A DNA stretch of 64,000 bases from an uncultured Gammaproteobacteria bacterium (GCA_964536515.1 CAZHXI010000004.1:5038-69037), one strand, 5' to 3'; numbered from the stretch's first letter, positions 19,292 to 29,618 are shown. Notes: generated by a model from the sequence alone, not told the origin. Numbers and translations: made by a program.

Positions 19292-22141
19292 ATGGGGCCT
19301 TCTTCCTACTTTCGGCAACCCCCCCGCGGGCGCAGCAGCTGGCGTGCGACGCCACGCCTGGGGCGGGTTACCCTCGGCGGCCGCCCCGCGACCACGTGGG
19401 GTGGCGCCCGCGCCCCGCGGGCGCCGGGCCGCTTCCGGCTCGGCCGACTGCTGCGCTGGGCAGGCTACGCCGCCGCGTGCGGGATCGTCGCCTTCGCCGG
19501 CATGGTGCTGTGGTACTCACGCGGACTGCCCGACCCCAACCGCCTCATAGACCGAACCGTTGCCCAGACAACCAAGCTCTACGACCGTACCGGCGAGAAC
19601 ATCCTGTACGAAATCCACGGCGCCGAGAAGCGCAGCGTGGTGCCGCTAGCCTCGATCCCCGCCGTAGTCCAGCAGGCGACCCTGGTAGCCGAGGATCGCG
19701 CCTTCTACCAGCACGGCGGCATCAGCATCCGCGGCATCGCCCGCGCCGCCCTTTCGCACGCCACCGGCATCGGCAAGGGCGGCGGGGGCAGCACCCTAAC
19801 CCAGCAGCTGGTAAAGAACGCCATCCTCACGAACGAGGTTAGCGTCTCGCGCAAGCTGCGGGAGCTCGTTCTCGCCTGGCGCATCGAGAAACGCTTCACC
19901 AAAGATGAGATTCTCCAGATGTACCTGAACGAGGTTCCCTACGGGGGGACGAGCTACGGCATCCAGTCGGCCGCTCGCTCCTACTTCGGCAAGGACGTGA
20001 GCCAGCTCTCCCTCGCCGAGGCTGCCACGCTCGCCGCCATAACGAATGCTCCGACCGCCATGAGCCCCTACACCACGCGCGGCCTGGAGCGCCTTACGGC
20101 GCGTACCGCCTACGTGCTCCAGGGCATGGTGGACGAGGGCTACATCAGCGAGGACCAGGCTAGCGCAGCTCGCGCCGAGAAGCTCTCCTTCGTGGCCCGG
20201 CGCGACGCCATAACCGCCCCACACTTCTCGATGTGGGTTTACCAGCAGCTGACCGAGCGCTACGGGGCACGCCTGGTTGAGGAGGGCGGCCTCAGGGTCA
20301 TCACGACGCTCGACCTCGATTTGCAGTCCGCAGCGGAGTCGGCCGTCGCTAGCCGCACCGCCCAGAACGCCTCGAAGTACAACGCCAAGAACGCGGCGCT
20401 GGTGGCGCTAGACGTACCCACCGGGCAGGTCAGGGCCATGGTCGGCTCCGCTGACTTCTTCGACGAGGAGATCGACGGCCAGGTGAACGTCGCCACCTCG
20501 CCCCGGCAGCCCGGCAGCAGCTTCAAGCCCATAGTCTACGCGGCCGCCTTCGCCCTGGGGTACTCTCCGCAGACGGTGCTGTTCGACCTCGAGACCGACT
20601 TCCCCACGGACCAGGGTCCCTACCACCCGAGGAACTACGACCTCAAGGAGCACGGGCCGGTAACCATGCGCCAGGCTCTCGCCGGCTCCCTCAATATCCC
20701 CGCGGTCAAAACTATCTACCTGGTGGGCGTCGATGGGGTCCTAGGCCTCGCCCGCTCCCTGGGCTACACGTCCCTCGGGGACAGGTCACGGTTCGGCCTC
20801 TCCCTAGTTCTGGGCGGGGGCGAAGTCTCGCTGCTGGAGCACGTGGCAGCCTACTCATCCTTCGCCCGGGGCGGCTCGTACGTTCCCTACAGCTCGGTGC
20901 TCAAGGTCGAGTCCAGCGACGGCAGGGTGCTCGAGGAGTGGGAGCAGCCCCGCGGGGAGAAGGCGCTCGAGGCCGACGTGGCCGCGGCGCTCACCGACGT
21001 CCTCTCGGACAACGAGGCTCGCTCCTTTGTGTTCGGCGCTGCCAACAGCCTAACCCTGCCAGACCGCCCCGTGGCGGCCAAAACCGGCACCACGAACGAC
21101 TACCACGACGCGTGGACCGTCGGATACACGCCACAGATTGCCGCCGGCGTCTGGGTGGGCAACAGCAGCAACGAGGCAATGTCACGGGGCGCCGACGGCT
21201 CTGTCGTCGCCGCGCCCATTTGGCAACGGTTCATGGTGGCCGCCCACCGTGCCCTCCCGGTCCAAGGCTTCGCGCCAATGCCCGCATCGTTCAACTACAG
21301 CCAGAAGCCAATGCTGAACGGGCGGTGGGAGGGGGTAGAGACCAGGGCGTTCGACTCTCGCACCGGCGCCCCGGCTACGCCCGCGACGCCGCCGGAATTT
21401 GTGGTGGAACGCTCCTACCGCCAGGTTCACTCCATCCTCCACTGGGTAAGCCGAGAGAACCCCCTGGGCGCTGCACCCGGCGACCCATCGACAGACCCCG
21501 CGTACGGCCCCTGGGAGGCTCCTGTGGCGAGGTGGCGTGAGGGGAGGGGCATCACGAACGAGGTTCCTCCATCTCAGGGTGGCGGCGGCGATGCCGGTGT
21601 TTCAGTTTCGATTATCGAGCCGCAGCCAGGGTCCACAGTGGGCGGTGGGGTTCTCTCCGTTTCAGCCGCCTCTGACTCCGGGGCCAGCGACTGGCGATTC
21701 AGCGTCGATGGAACTCCCGTGGCCCGCTCATCGCTGGGGTCCGCGACCATCTCCCTCCCCCCGTCCATACGCCCAGGCAGCCACGTCTTGACTGCCACCG
21801 CCGTTACGCCCGGCGGGCGCGCCGGCAGCGCCTCGGTCTCCTTTTCGGTGGAGGGGGGCGGCCCCGCGCTGAACGCCACGGTCCCCGCCAATTCATCCGT
21901 TGGAAGCTCGGTCACCATGGCCTTCGAGAGCCCCGAGGAGCTACAGCAGGTAGACGTATACGTGCAGCCCCCCGTCGGCTCCCCCCGCTGGGTTGGGGTG
22001 GCTAGCCGTGGCGGCGACGGCCGCTGGTCGCTGACGTGGACCGGCCCCACGGTGCCGGGGACGTACGTAGTCAGCGCCACCGTAACCAGCCCCGGCGGGG
22101 CGAGCGGATCCGGCGGCGCATGGATTACCCAGGCTTCGTAG
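19292..22141 (+). CDS. Class A penicillin-binding protein with C-terminal Ig-like domains
   Basis: Glycosyltransferase motifs EDRAFYQH and GGSTLTQQLVKN; transpeptidase motifs SSFK, SLN, KTGT. Confidence 0.95.
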   Translation: MGPSSYFRQPPRGRSSWRATPRLGRVTLGGRPATTWGGARAPRAPGRFRLGRLLRWAGYAAACGIVAFAGMVLWYSRGLPDPNRLIDRTVAQTTKLYDRTGENILYEIHGAEKRSVVPLASIPAVVQQATLVAEDRAFYQHGGISIRGIARAALSHATGIGKGGGGSTLTQQLVKNAILTNEVSVSRKLRELVLAWRIEKRFTKDEILQMYLNEVPYGGTSYGIQSAARSYFGKDVSQLSLAEAATLAAITNAPTAMSPYTTRGLERLTARTAYVLQGMVDEGYISEDQASAARAEKLSFVARRDAITAPHFSMWVYQQLTERYGARLVEEGGLRVITTLDLDLQSAAESAVASRTAQNASKYNAKNAALVALDVPTGQVRAMVGSADFFDEEIDGQVNVATSPRQPGSSFKPIVYAAAFALGYSPQTVLFDLETDFPTDQGPYHPRNYDLKEHGPVTMRQALAGSLNIPAVKTIYLVGVDGVLGLARSLGYTSLGDRSRFGLSLVLGGGEVSLLEHVAAYSSFARGGSYVPYSSVLKVESSDGRVLEEWEQPRGEKALEADVAAALTDVLSDNEARSFVFGAANSLTLPDRPVAAKTGTTNDYHDAWTVGYTPQIAAGVWVGNSSNEAMSRGADGSVVAAPIWQRFMVAAHRALPVQGFAPMPASFNYSQKPMLNGRWEGVETRAFDSRTGAPATPATPPEFVVERSYRQVHSILHWVSRENPLGAAPGDPSTDPAYGPWEAPVARWREGRGITNEVPPSQGGGGDAGVSVSIIEPQPGSTVGGGVLSVSAASDSGASDWRFSVDGTPVARSSLGSATISLPPSIRPGSHVLTATAVTPGGRAGSASVSFSVEGGGPALNATVPANSSVGSSVTMAFESPEELQQVDVYVQPPVGSPRWVGVASRGGDGRWSLTWTGPTVPGTYVVSATVTSPGGASGSGGAWITQAS

Positions 22142-22142
22142 C

Positions 22143-23237
22143 CTAGGGCTGAATTGGCATCACCACGTAGCGGTAAGAGGTCTGACCCTCAGCCTGCAGG
22201 AGGGCCGGGGTGAGCTCTCCGGTCAGAGAGAGCGTAACAGAGGGGGCTCCTATAGCTGCAATCCCCTCGAGGATGTACCGGTAGTTGAAGAGAGCTCCGC
22301 ACGGCTGCCCCTCGGCCTTCACCTCGGCGCTGCCGTGGTGCTCTCCGACCGAGGCGTTGCTAGCTCCCACGGTAATCGTGGCTCCGTCTACCGAGACGCG
22401 AACGTCGTTGACGCCGGGCTTACAGAATAGGCTAGCCTGCTTCACGAGTCGCGTGAGCGTAGCGCTCTCCACCGTGCACCTCGCCACGTGCGTTGTGGGG
22501 ATAATCGGTTGGTAGCTCGGGTACTGACCCTCGACGAGCCTCGAGACCACCGACACGTCGCTCCCCGTGAATGAAACCTGCCCCTCTCCGAACCGAGCAG
22601 AGACGTCTCCCCCGCCCCCGAAGCAACGAACGACCTCCTGGAGCGTACGCCACGGGATAATCTTCTCTCCGGCACGAGCTGGTCCATCCAGGGAAACGAC
22701 GCTCTCCGCGAGGCGGTAGCTGTCGGTGCTCGCGAGCACAGCTCTCCCCTCCTGAATACTCAGCAGCACGCCGTTTATCTCCGGCCTCGTCTCGTCGTTC
22801 GAAACCGCGAAGAGTACCTGGCTCAGGCTCCTCCGCAGGGCATCAGCATTGACCGTCATCGACGGCTCCCCCTGCACCTCTGGTATAACCGGGTAGTCGC
22901 CTGCGGGTAGGGCCTGGAGGGATGTCTGCACCGAGTCGGCAGCAATGGAAACCGTATCGCCGGAGAGCTCCAGGGAAACCGTTCCATCGGGGGGCAGTAG
23001 GTTAACGTACTCGGCGAGGATCCTAGCGTTAATGGTCGTGGACCCCTCGGCGTCAACCTTTCCCCGGATGGTGGACTGGACGGCCAGCTCAAGGTTCGTG
23101 GCGCTGAGCACCAGCGCACCAGCCTCGGCTCGCACCAGGACGTTGCTCAGTATGGGCAGCGATCCGCCGCGCCCCGCGACGTGGCTAACGAACCCTACGC
23201 TCCTCATTAGGTTGGCTGCCTTGCAAGTTACTTTCAT
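22143..23237 (-). CDS. dnaN: DNA polymerase III beta sliding clamp
   Basis: LPILSNVL, ATNLE, STDSYRLA, EGQYPSY, YVVMPI. Confidence 0.96.
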   Translation of the reverse strand: MKVTCKAANLMRSVGFVSHVAGRGGSLPILSNVLVRAEAGALVLSATNLELAVQSTIRGKVDAEGSTTINARILAEYVNLLPPDGTVSLELSGDTVSIAADSVQTSLQALPAGDYPVIPEVQGEPSMTVNADALRRSLSQVLFAVSNDETRPEINGVLLSIQEGRAVLASTDSYRLAESVVSLDGPARAGEKIIPWRTLQEVVRCFGGGGDVSARFGEGQVSFTGSDVSVVSRLVEGQYPSYQPIIPTTHVARCTVESATLTRLVKQASLFCKPGVNDVRVSVDGATITVGASNASVGEHHGSAEVKAEGQPCGALFNYRYILEGIAAIGAPSVTLSLTGELTPALLQAEGQTSYRYVVMPIQP

Positions 23238-23482
23238 ACGTTTACTTATTAGTAGCTGTAGTAATAGGGGTTGTGGATTCAGGGGAAAAACGGGAGAGGG
23301 ATCTGCGGGGAGGCTTAGGTTAGCAAGAAAAGGGGCGTTCGCTTTCCGTCTGTTCGGTGTGAAAGGTGGTTGAAGGAAGGGGTGGGGTTCCGGGGAAAGC
23401 TGTGCCTAACTAGAAGCATAAAATTATCACCCCCACTTATCACTCCCTTCCCCACCGCTTACCAGCAGCGATAGCAACAGGG
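23238..23482. promoter_or_regulatory. Replication origin oriC (dnaA-dnaN intergenic region)
   Basis: On the minus strand, TTTTCCCCT and GAATCCACA tandem DnaA-box-like sites, then ACCC, then CTATTACTACAGCTACTA trio repeats (23250-23289); further degenerate boxes at about 23401-23456. Confidence 0.8.
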
Positions 23483-24868
23483 TTATGAACCCCCCAGGGC
23501 GAGACGAATCTGCTCTACGTCGCCACGCATCTTTCCGCCTCGCTCAACCTCTTTACGCACCTTTCCGCAGGCGTGCATTGCCGTGGTGTGGTCTCGCCCA
23601 CCGAGCTCGTGCCCTATGCTGGGGAAGGAGCTAGAGCAGTCCTCGCGTAGTAGGTACATGGCAATCTGGCGGGGCACAACCAGCTCCTTGCGACGGCTTG
23701 CCCCCAGCAGGTTCTCGAGGGAGACGTCGAAGTACTTGGCAACCGCCGCGATGACCCTCTTCGGGGTAAGGCCTCCCCCCAGCGCCCCGTCTCCCTGTAG
23801 CGCGGCTATAAGGGAACGGGCCACATCAACATTGGGAACCACCTTGTTCAGCTGGTAGTAAGCGTGAAGCTTAGTGAGGGCTCCCTCCAGCTCTCTCACA
23901 TTGTTCGTTACCGCCTCAGCAATGAAGTTCACCACGTCCGGGGGGAGGGGAAAGCCCCGGTCCTGGGTCTGCCGTTGAACGATTGCAACCCTGGTTTCTA
24001 GGTCCGGACGGCCGACGTCAGCGATCATTCCCCACTCAAAGCGGCTAACGAGCCTAGCCTCAATGACGCTGATCGATTTTGGTGGTCGGTCTGAGGTTAG
24101 TATGATTTGCTTGTTTGACTGATGGAGCGCATTGAAGGTGTGAAAGAACTCCTCTTGCGTTTGTTCTTTGTTCGCTAAAAATTGAATATCATCGACTAGA
24201 AGAAGGTCTACGTCGCGGTACTCCCTTTTAAATTGATCACCCTTTCCCTCACGAATAGACTGAACAAAGTTGTTCGTAAATTGTTCACATGTAGTAAAAA
24301 GTACCTTGATATCTGGTGACTTCTGTAATACCTCGTTACCAATTGCCTGGATAAGGTGGGTTTTTCCAAGGCCAACCCCACCGTACAAGAATAGGGGGTT
24401 ATAGGTTTTTCCTAGACCCGCCGCAACTGCCTTGCACGCTGCGTAGGCAAGTTCGGTACTCTTGCCAACTATGAATCGATCAAAGGTGTACTTTGGGTTT
24501 AGGCCACCTTTGTTCAGTATTTGGGGAGGGCTATAGGGCGCTACCGCCGGCTCGGGGACGCGATGGGCGCGCTGCTCCTCCGAGGCGCCGCTTACAGGCA
24601 GTGTGCGCTGCGGAGACGCGGTCGAGGAGACCCTGTATTGAACCGATGTAACCTGCTGGTTCGTTAGCCGCTGCAGGGCGGTCATTATGTACCCGTGGTA
24701 CTTGTTCTCGAGCCAGGCCTTGGTAAAAGCGTTCGGGACCGTAACAACAATGACCCCCTCTGCGTACGAGTCTATGGCGGTACTACGGAACCAAGTTGTA
24801 AAATTAGCTTTACTTACAAGTAATTCAAGCTCTCCCAGCACGGCTTGCCACAGTTCTTGGTTTGTCAT
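23483..24868 (-). CDS. dnaA: Chromosomal replication initiator DnaA
   Basis: YNPLFLYGGVGLGKTHL, DDIQF, FFHTFNALH, GGRDHTTAMHA. Confidence 0.99.
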   Translation of the reverse strand: MTNQELWQAVLGELELLVSKANFTTWFRSTAIDSYAEGVIVVTVPNAFTKAWLENKYHGYIMTALQRLTNQQVTSVQYRVSSTASPQRTLPVSGASEEQRAHRVPEPAVAPYSPPQILNKGGLNPKYTFDRFIVGKSTELAYAACKAVAAGLGKTYNPLFLYGGVGLGKTHLIQAIGNEVLQKSPDIKVLFTTCEQFTNNFVQSIREGKGDQFKREYRDVDLLLVDDIQFLANKEQTQEEFFHTFNALHQSNKQIILTSDRPPKSISVIEARLVSRFEWGMIADVGRPDLETRVAIVQRQTQDRGFPLPPDVVNFIAEAVTNNVRELEGALTKLHAYYQLNKVVPNVDVARSLIAALQGDGALGGGLTPKRVIAAVAKYFDVSLENLLGASRRKELVVPRQIAMYLLREDCSSSFPSIGHELGGRDHTTAMHACGKVRKEVERGGKMRGDVEQIRLALGGS

Positions 24869-25015
24869 ATTCCGAAAAGCATAGGCTCAATCCTACCGTA
24901 ATTACCGAAACGGCACCATTAATAATTAAGGGATATCTTGTTCATATACTGTGGACTAACAAAATCTTGTATTCGTGTTGTATTATTTCGCCTGCCGTAC
25001 TAGAGTTATTTAACT

Positions 25016-25165
25016 ATGCCCAAGCGAACATACCAACCAAAGAAGCGCCGCCGAGCTAAGCGCCACGGGTTCATGGCTCGAATGTCGTCCCCGACGGGGC
25101 GAGCTGTACTAGCTCGTCGTAGGACCAAGGGCCGAAAGAAGCTGTCGGTAGCAAAGAAGAAGTAA
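25016..25165 (+). CDS. rpmH: 50S ribosomal protein L34 (absent from the ORF track)
   Basis: Translates to [49 protein letters not shown]. Confidence 0.97.
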   Translation: MPKRTYQPKKRRRAKRHGFMARMSSPTGRAVLARRRTKGRKKLSVAKKK

Positions 25166-25166
25166 G

Positions 25167-25499
25167 GTGTTCAAGAGGTTGAATCGTCTGACCTCAACCA
25201 GAGAAATTTGGTCTATTCAGAGGAGTAGGCCATTTTTTTCGACGCACCTAGTGTTGAAGGCTGCCCAAGGAAGGGGCCCTACTTGGAGGTGTGCGGTAGT
25301 AATTTCAACCAAGATCTCTAAGCGAGCCATTGTGAGGAATCGAATGAAGAGGGCGATACGGGAAGTGGTGGGGAGCCTCCTTAAGGACAGCGCCGCAAAG
25401 GTAGACTTCATAATCTCAGTAAAGAGGGTGGTTCCGAAGGAGTTTTCACCTTACCGAGAAGAGATCACTTTTTTGCTCAACAGAGCTAGGATTATATGA
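25167..25499 (+). CDS. rnpA: Ribonuclease P protein component
   Basis: ISTKISKRAIVRNRMKR (RNR motif) and synteny. Confidence 0.92.
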   Translation: MFKRLNRLTSTREIWSIQRSRPFFSTHLVLKAAQGRGPTWRCAVVISTKISKRAIVRNRMKRAIREVVGSLLKDSAAKVDFIISVKRVVPKEFSPYREEITFLLNRARII

Positions 25500-25723
25500 T
25501 TAGGAGGCTATTTATAGCAGCAATAAGGCTCTATCAAGCCACTTTGTCACCGGACCACGGAATCCTTAGAAAGAAGCATGGATTCTGTAGGTTTTACCCA
25601 ACTTGCTCACAGTATGCAGTCGAGGCAATTGAGAAGTACGGGGTTCTCCGAGGAACAACACGGGCAGCACTTAGGGTTGCTAGGTGTAACCCTTTCACTA
25701 AGCCAGGGATTGATACAGTTTAG
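25496..25723 (+). CDS. yidD: Membrane protein insertion efficiency factor YidD
   Basis: CRFYPTCSQY..RCNPF. Confidence 0.95.
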   Translation: MIRRLFIAAIRLYQATLSPDHGILRKKHGFCRFYPTCSQYAVEAIEKYGVLRGTTRAALRVARCNPFTKPGIDTV

Positions 25724-25725
25724 CT

Positions 25726-26451
25726 ATGATCGCAATCTTCCACGCCGTATTCTACCAGCCGCTATATAACCTACTCCTCTTTACCTACGGAAATTTTCCA
25801 ATTAGGGACTTCGGCATCGCGGTAATTCTGGTAACCATCGTAGTAAAGCTAATTCTGTACCCATTCTCACTGAAGTCCATTAAGGCTCAGCGTTCAATGC
25901 TGGAGCTGCAGCCAAAGATTAATCAGATAAAGGAGCGGTACAAGAATGACAAGCAGGCTCAAGCTCAGCAGCTCATGGCGCTGTACAAGGACCACAAGGT
26001 TAATCCGTTCTCATCCTGCTTACCCCTTCTAATACAGCTCCCTTTCCTATTTGCCCTGTACCGCGTATTCATGAGTGGCCTCCAGAATAGCGGAGTTTCA
26101 GACCTGTACTCATTTGTGGTGAATCCTGGGACTATCAATAGCGTCTCTCTCGGCATGATAGATCTCGCTAAGCCATCGTATGCCTTAGCTATACTCGCCG
26201 GCGCAGCTCAGTTTATGCAGGCGAAGTATATACAGGTGCAGCAGCCTAAGCCTGCAGATGGCGGCGCTGCAGATGAGTCAATGATGGCCAGCGTGAATAA
26301 GCAAATGCTATACATGATGCCAATCATGACCGTGATCATCGGCTTCCAGCTCCCCGGCGGACTGGCGCTGTACTGGCTAGTGACCACCGTGCTCACGCAG
26401 CTACAGCAGTGGATTACCCTGCGGAAGAAAACAGAGGCTGTCGCTAGTTAA
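25726..26451 (+). CDS. yidC: Membrane protein insertase YidC/Oxa1 (short form)
   Basis: LQPKI, NPFSSCLPLLIQLP, PGGLALYW. Confidence 0.95.
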   Translation: MIAIFHAVFYQPLYNLLLFTYGNFPIRDFGIAVILVTIVVKLILYPFSLKSIKAQRSMLELQPKINQIKERYKNDKQAQAQQLMALYKDHKVNPFSSCLPLLIQLPFLFALYRVFMSGLQNSGVSDLYSFVVNPGTINSVSLGMIDLAKPSYALAILAGAAQFMQAKYIQVQQPKPADGGAADESMMASVNKQMLYMMPIMTVIIGFQLPGGLALYWLVTTVLTQLQQWITLRKKTEAVAS

Positions 26452-26476
26452 TTGGCTTAATAAAGCCAATTAACTA
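26445..26476. terminator. Bidirectional hairpin covering both convergent stop codons
   Basis: TAGTTAATTGGCTT-AATA-AAGCCAATTAACTA. Confidence 0.65.
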
Positions 26477-27216
26477 AAGAGGCGATCTGCGCCAACTATT
26501 ACCCTCAGCGCGCCGTGCAGCACAGAGATTTTTCCTGGGGTCTTCTGGGTTACCACGCCATCTAGAAGCAGGCTTCCCCCGCTGTCACCAGATGCTGTTA
26601 CCGTCGCCGACTGAATAGAGAGGTGGGTTACCTGTCCGCGTCCACGCGGGGGCGTAACGGTTAGGTTAAGGCGGCCATCGGTTGGGTCGAATAGGGGGCT
26701 ACCCTTCGGCAGGCTCGAGAAGCCAATGTTACTTATGCTCAAGCTGCTCCCCCGGCTGCACTCCAGGCTGAAGCCCTTGAGCGCAACGGTGCACGACTCG
26801 GGCTCCGAGACCGTTACGCCATCTATGAAGTAGCTGTTGTTAACCTGCCCAACATCGATCGCCTTAACTATTCGTGCAGATAGAACCTCAACCGCCCCGT
26901 CTTGCGGGGGGATTCCCAGAATCCTCGCCAGCGAGCTGCTGGAGTCCGTTGGTATGAAGCCTATGGCTACTCCGCTGCCGATGCAGGCGGAGATGGCGCT
27001 GCTCAGCGTGGCGTCTGAGCCGACTGCGACTATGGTCTGCACCCCCTGGGTTACAGCCTCGGCGACAATCTCACGTAGGTTCTTGAGGGGGGTAAGGCGG
27101 ACGGTTCGCCCCTTAATTCCCAGCTCTAGAATTCGCGTCTCGAGGCGCGATACCACCTTATGGAAGCGCGGGTGACCGAGCTCCTGGTCGTAGATGTACA
27201 GGTAGGCGCTGCTCAT
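26470..27216 (-). CDS. Diacylglycerol kinase catalytic-domain family protein (divergent)
   Basis: VAVGSDAT (GGDGT-like), IGFIP..LARILGIP, IDVGQVN, DG motifs. Confidence 0.75.
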   Translation of the reverse strand: MSSAYLYIYDQELGHPRFHKVVSRLETRILELGIKGRTVRLTPLKNLREIVAEAVTQGVQTIVAVGSDATLSSAISACIGSGVAIGFIPTDSSSSLARILGIPPQDGAVEVLSARIVKAIDVGQVNNSYFIDGVTVSEPESCTVALKGFSLECSRGSSLSISNIGFSSLPKGSPLFDPTDGRLNLTVTPPRGRGQVTHLSIQSATVTASGDSGGSLLLDGVVTQKTPGKISVLHGALRVIVGADRLFS

Positions 27217-27242
27217 GGCCGATGGCCAGTCGCACCGACGGC

Positions 27243-27662
27243 CTACCTATCCTCCTCGGCTTCCGGAGCCCCCGGGGCTGCCGGCGTCTGCCGCTTGCCC
27301 CTCTGGGTAGATCCGTTCCGCATCGAGAGCTTTCCGTTCAGGGTCGCACCAGCCTCAACCGAAATAGATGCGCAGCTGACGTCCCCAGCAATGCTAGCTG
27401 TGCTGGCTATCTCTAGCACCCCGGCAACGGTTACATCGCCGGTGACCTTGCCCGCAACGAATGCGTTGGCGGCAGAAACCTCCGCGGTAATCTCGGCCTG
27501 CGGCCCGACCCGTAGGTTTCCGTTGGTCCTTAGGTTACCCTGAACAGTTCCCTCGACGACGATGTCGCCCTCGCCGGCAAAGTCACCCTCAACCTTGACC
27601 GAGGGGCCGATAACTGTCTCTACTGTGTCGGAGGACTGGAGCGATTGTTTCTTACCGAACAT
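27243..27662 (-). CDS. Bactofilin (polymer-forming cytoskeletal protein)
   Basis: TVIGPSVKVEGDF..VEGTVQGN..I.GDV..VEAGATLNG beta-helix pattern. Confidence 0.92.
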   Translation of the reverse strand: MFGKKQSLQSSDTVETVIGPSVKVEGDFAGEGDIVVEGTVQGNLRTNGNLRVGPQAEITAEVSAANAFVAGKVTGDVTVAGVLEIASTASIAGDVSCASISVEAGATLNGKLSMRNGSTQRGKRQTPAAPGAPEAEEDR

Positions 27663-27749
27663 AAGTCTATAGTGTTAATCTTTAAGTGAACTGTAGAGAT
27701 GAATAATGCGGCGGGTCAAGGTGCCGCGGACATACCTACAGCTAAGCGA

Positions 27750-27926
27750 ATGAAAGCTATGGGAATACACCAGAATGCAGACGTTGGGGTAGACCACGGG
27801 GTACTCCGGCGGGACCTCCGGGCCATTGCGCTGCTGTCCGTTTTGCTGTTCGGGGCCATCTTCGCCCTCTCGGCGATCGAGGCTAGGACGGGGATTCTCG
27901 CGGCGTTGGCCAGCCGCGGCGCGTAG
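27750..27926 (+). CDS. Small single-TM hypothetical protein
   Basis: RRDLRAIALLSVLLF TM segment; start uncertain. Confidence 0.5.
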   Translation: MKAMGIHQNADVGVDHGVLRRDLRAIALLSVLLFGAIFALSAIEARTGILAALASRGA

Positions 27927-27936
27927 GTTACACCGG

Positions 27937-28011
27937 GCCCCTGTAGTTCAACGGATAGAACAGATCCGTCCTAAGGATACGATGGGGGTTCGATTCCCTC
28001 CGGGGGCACCA
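27937..28011 (+). tRNA. tRNA-Arg(CCT)
   Basis: Acceptor GCCCCTG/CGGGGGC, anticodon loop gtCCTaa, GGTTCGATTCC, CCA. Confidence 0.93.
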
Positions 28012-28025
28012 CCTTACAACCACAC

Positions 28026-28101
28026 GGGCCTGTAGCTCATCTGGTAGAGCGCGGCATTCGCATTGCCGAGGTATGGGGTTCGAGTCCCCACAGGTCCACC
28101 A
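28026..28101 (+). tRNA. tRNA-Ala(CGC)
   Basis: Anticodon arm cggca-ttCGCat-tgccg, G3:U70 pair, CCA. Confidence 0.96.
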
Positions 28102-28142
28102 CAGATTTGACTTCCCGTTCCAGCCGTATAGTCTAGGCGTAC

Positions 28143-28218
<76 letters not shown>

Positions 28219-28287
28219 CCCACCCCGTAGGCAGCGGGGGGAGCTAGCTTTGCCTCAATGTTCGGGAGACGGTAGAGTTCATCCACT

Positions 28288-29160
28288 ATGGAGAACCTAC
28301 CAGCGATCCACGCCGAGGTTTTCAAGACGGGTACGGGCACCCCGTACCTACGCCAGCCCGGCGTGGTTGTTCTGGCTGTGCCGAACACCAACCTGGCGGG
28401 GCTAGAAGGATTCCTGAAGGGCTTCGATGAGTCGTTCAACTTCCCGGACTACATCAATGACCCCACGCCGCTGGGCCCGGTGGAGCGGCTGTGCAAGCTG
28501 GCCGGACAGCTGTGCTACATGAGCTTCGGCCCCAAGCGCACCATGAACGCCGAGGCCGAGAAGTACTTCTTCAACATTAAGTCCTCCGGGCACGGCTCGG
28601 TGCTGGAGCACGCCAACGTGAGCCTTCTGCTGTACGGCGTCTCGCGTAGCCTTACGCACGAGCTCGTCCGCCACCGCGCCGGATTCGGCTTCTCGCAGGT
28701 CAGCCAGCGCTACGTCAGCGGCCGCACGCTGCGGTTCGTGGAGCGGCCCGAGTTCGTGGGCGACGAGCAGCTGCACGCCAGGTTCGAGGCGCGCATAGAT
28801 GCAGCAGCGGCGGAGTACGAGGCAATGTCAGACCGGCTGGAGGAGATGCAGGCCGCGGGGAACACCGCCATCCTCACCGGCGAGCAGAAGACGGACCTAC
28901 GCAAGAAGGTGCGCCAGGTTGCGCGCGCCGTGCTGCCCAACGAGACCGAGGCTCCGATTGTGGTAACCGCCAACATGCGCGCGTGGCGGCACTTCATTGA
29001 GATGCGTGCCAGCAGCCACTCCGAGACCGAGATTCGCGAGGCGGCGTTCCGCGTGTTCACCTGCCTCAGGCAGATTGCGCCCATCATGTTCGGCGACTAC
29101 AGCGAGGAGGCGTACCCCGACGGCACGCGGGGGGTGGCAACCGACTACCGCAAGGCGTAA
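28288..29160 (+). CDS. thyX: FAD-dependent thymidylate synthase
   Basis: GHGSVLEH, HELVRHR..SQ.SQRY, ARAVLPN, EIR. Confidence 0.95.
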   Translation: MENLPAIHAEVFKTGTGTPYLRQPGVVVLAVPNTNLAGLEGFLKGFDESFNFPDYINDPTPLGPVERLCKLAGQLCYMSFGPKRTMNAEAEKYFFNIKSSGHGSVLEHANVSLLLYGVSRSLTHELVRHRAGFGFSQVSQRYVSGRTLRFVERPEFVGDEQLHARFEARIDAAAAEYEAMSDRLEEMQAAGNTAILTGEQKTDLRKKVRQVARAVLPNETEAPIVVTANMRAWRHFIEMRASSHSETEIREAAFRVFTCLRQIAPIMFGDYSEEAYPDGTRGVATDYRKA

Positions 29161-29169
29161 GATTGGGGC

Positions 29170-29616
29170 ATGGCAAAGCCCCCCATCGTCCTCGCCTCAG
29201 ACCACGCCGGCTACCAGCTGAAGGAGCAGCTCAGCGCGTGGCTGGCGAAGACCGGCTACGCGGTCCACGACTGCACGCCGACCTTCAAGAACGATGACGA
29301 CTACCCGCGCCACGCCGCCGCGGCTAGCTTGGCCGTGGAGAACATTCCCCAGGCACGGGTGCTGCTGGTGTGCGGCTCCGGCGCCGGCATCGCCATGGCT
29401 GCCAACCGCTTCCCCTGGATGCGCGTGGTGCAGGCCACCGATCCAGCGGTGGTAAAGATGGCGCGAGCAGACGAAGATGCTAACGGGTTGGCGCTATCCA
29501 GCGTGCGGCTGAACATCGCCGCAGCTAAGAAGCTGGTCGCTGCGTTCCTCGGCGCCAAGCCTTCCGCTGCCGGTAGGCACCGTAGGCGCCAGAAGCTGCT
29601 GGCGAAGCTGCCCTAG
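29170..29616 (+). CDS. rpiB: Ribose-5-phosphate isomerase B
   Basis: ASDHAGY.LK, DDYP, CGSGAGI.MAANR, RH.RR. Confidence 0.92.
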   Translation: MAKPPIVLASDHAGYQLKEQLSAWLAKTGYAVHDCTPTFKNDDDYPRHAAAASLAVENIPQARVLLVCGSGAGIAMAANRFPWMRVVQATDPAVVKMARADEDANGLALSSVRLNIAAAKKLVAAFLGAKPSAAGRHRRRQKLLAKLP

Positions 29617-29618
29617 CT

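Noticed and set aside
23900-26460. Lower GC across dnaA-rpmH-rnpA-yidC as a possible island
   Set aside because: Canonical core gene order at the origin, with no mobility signatures.
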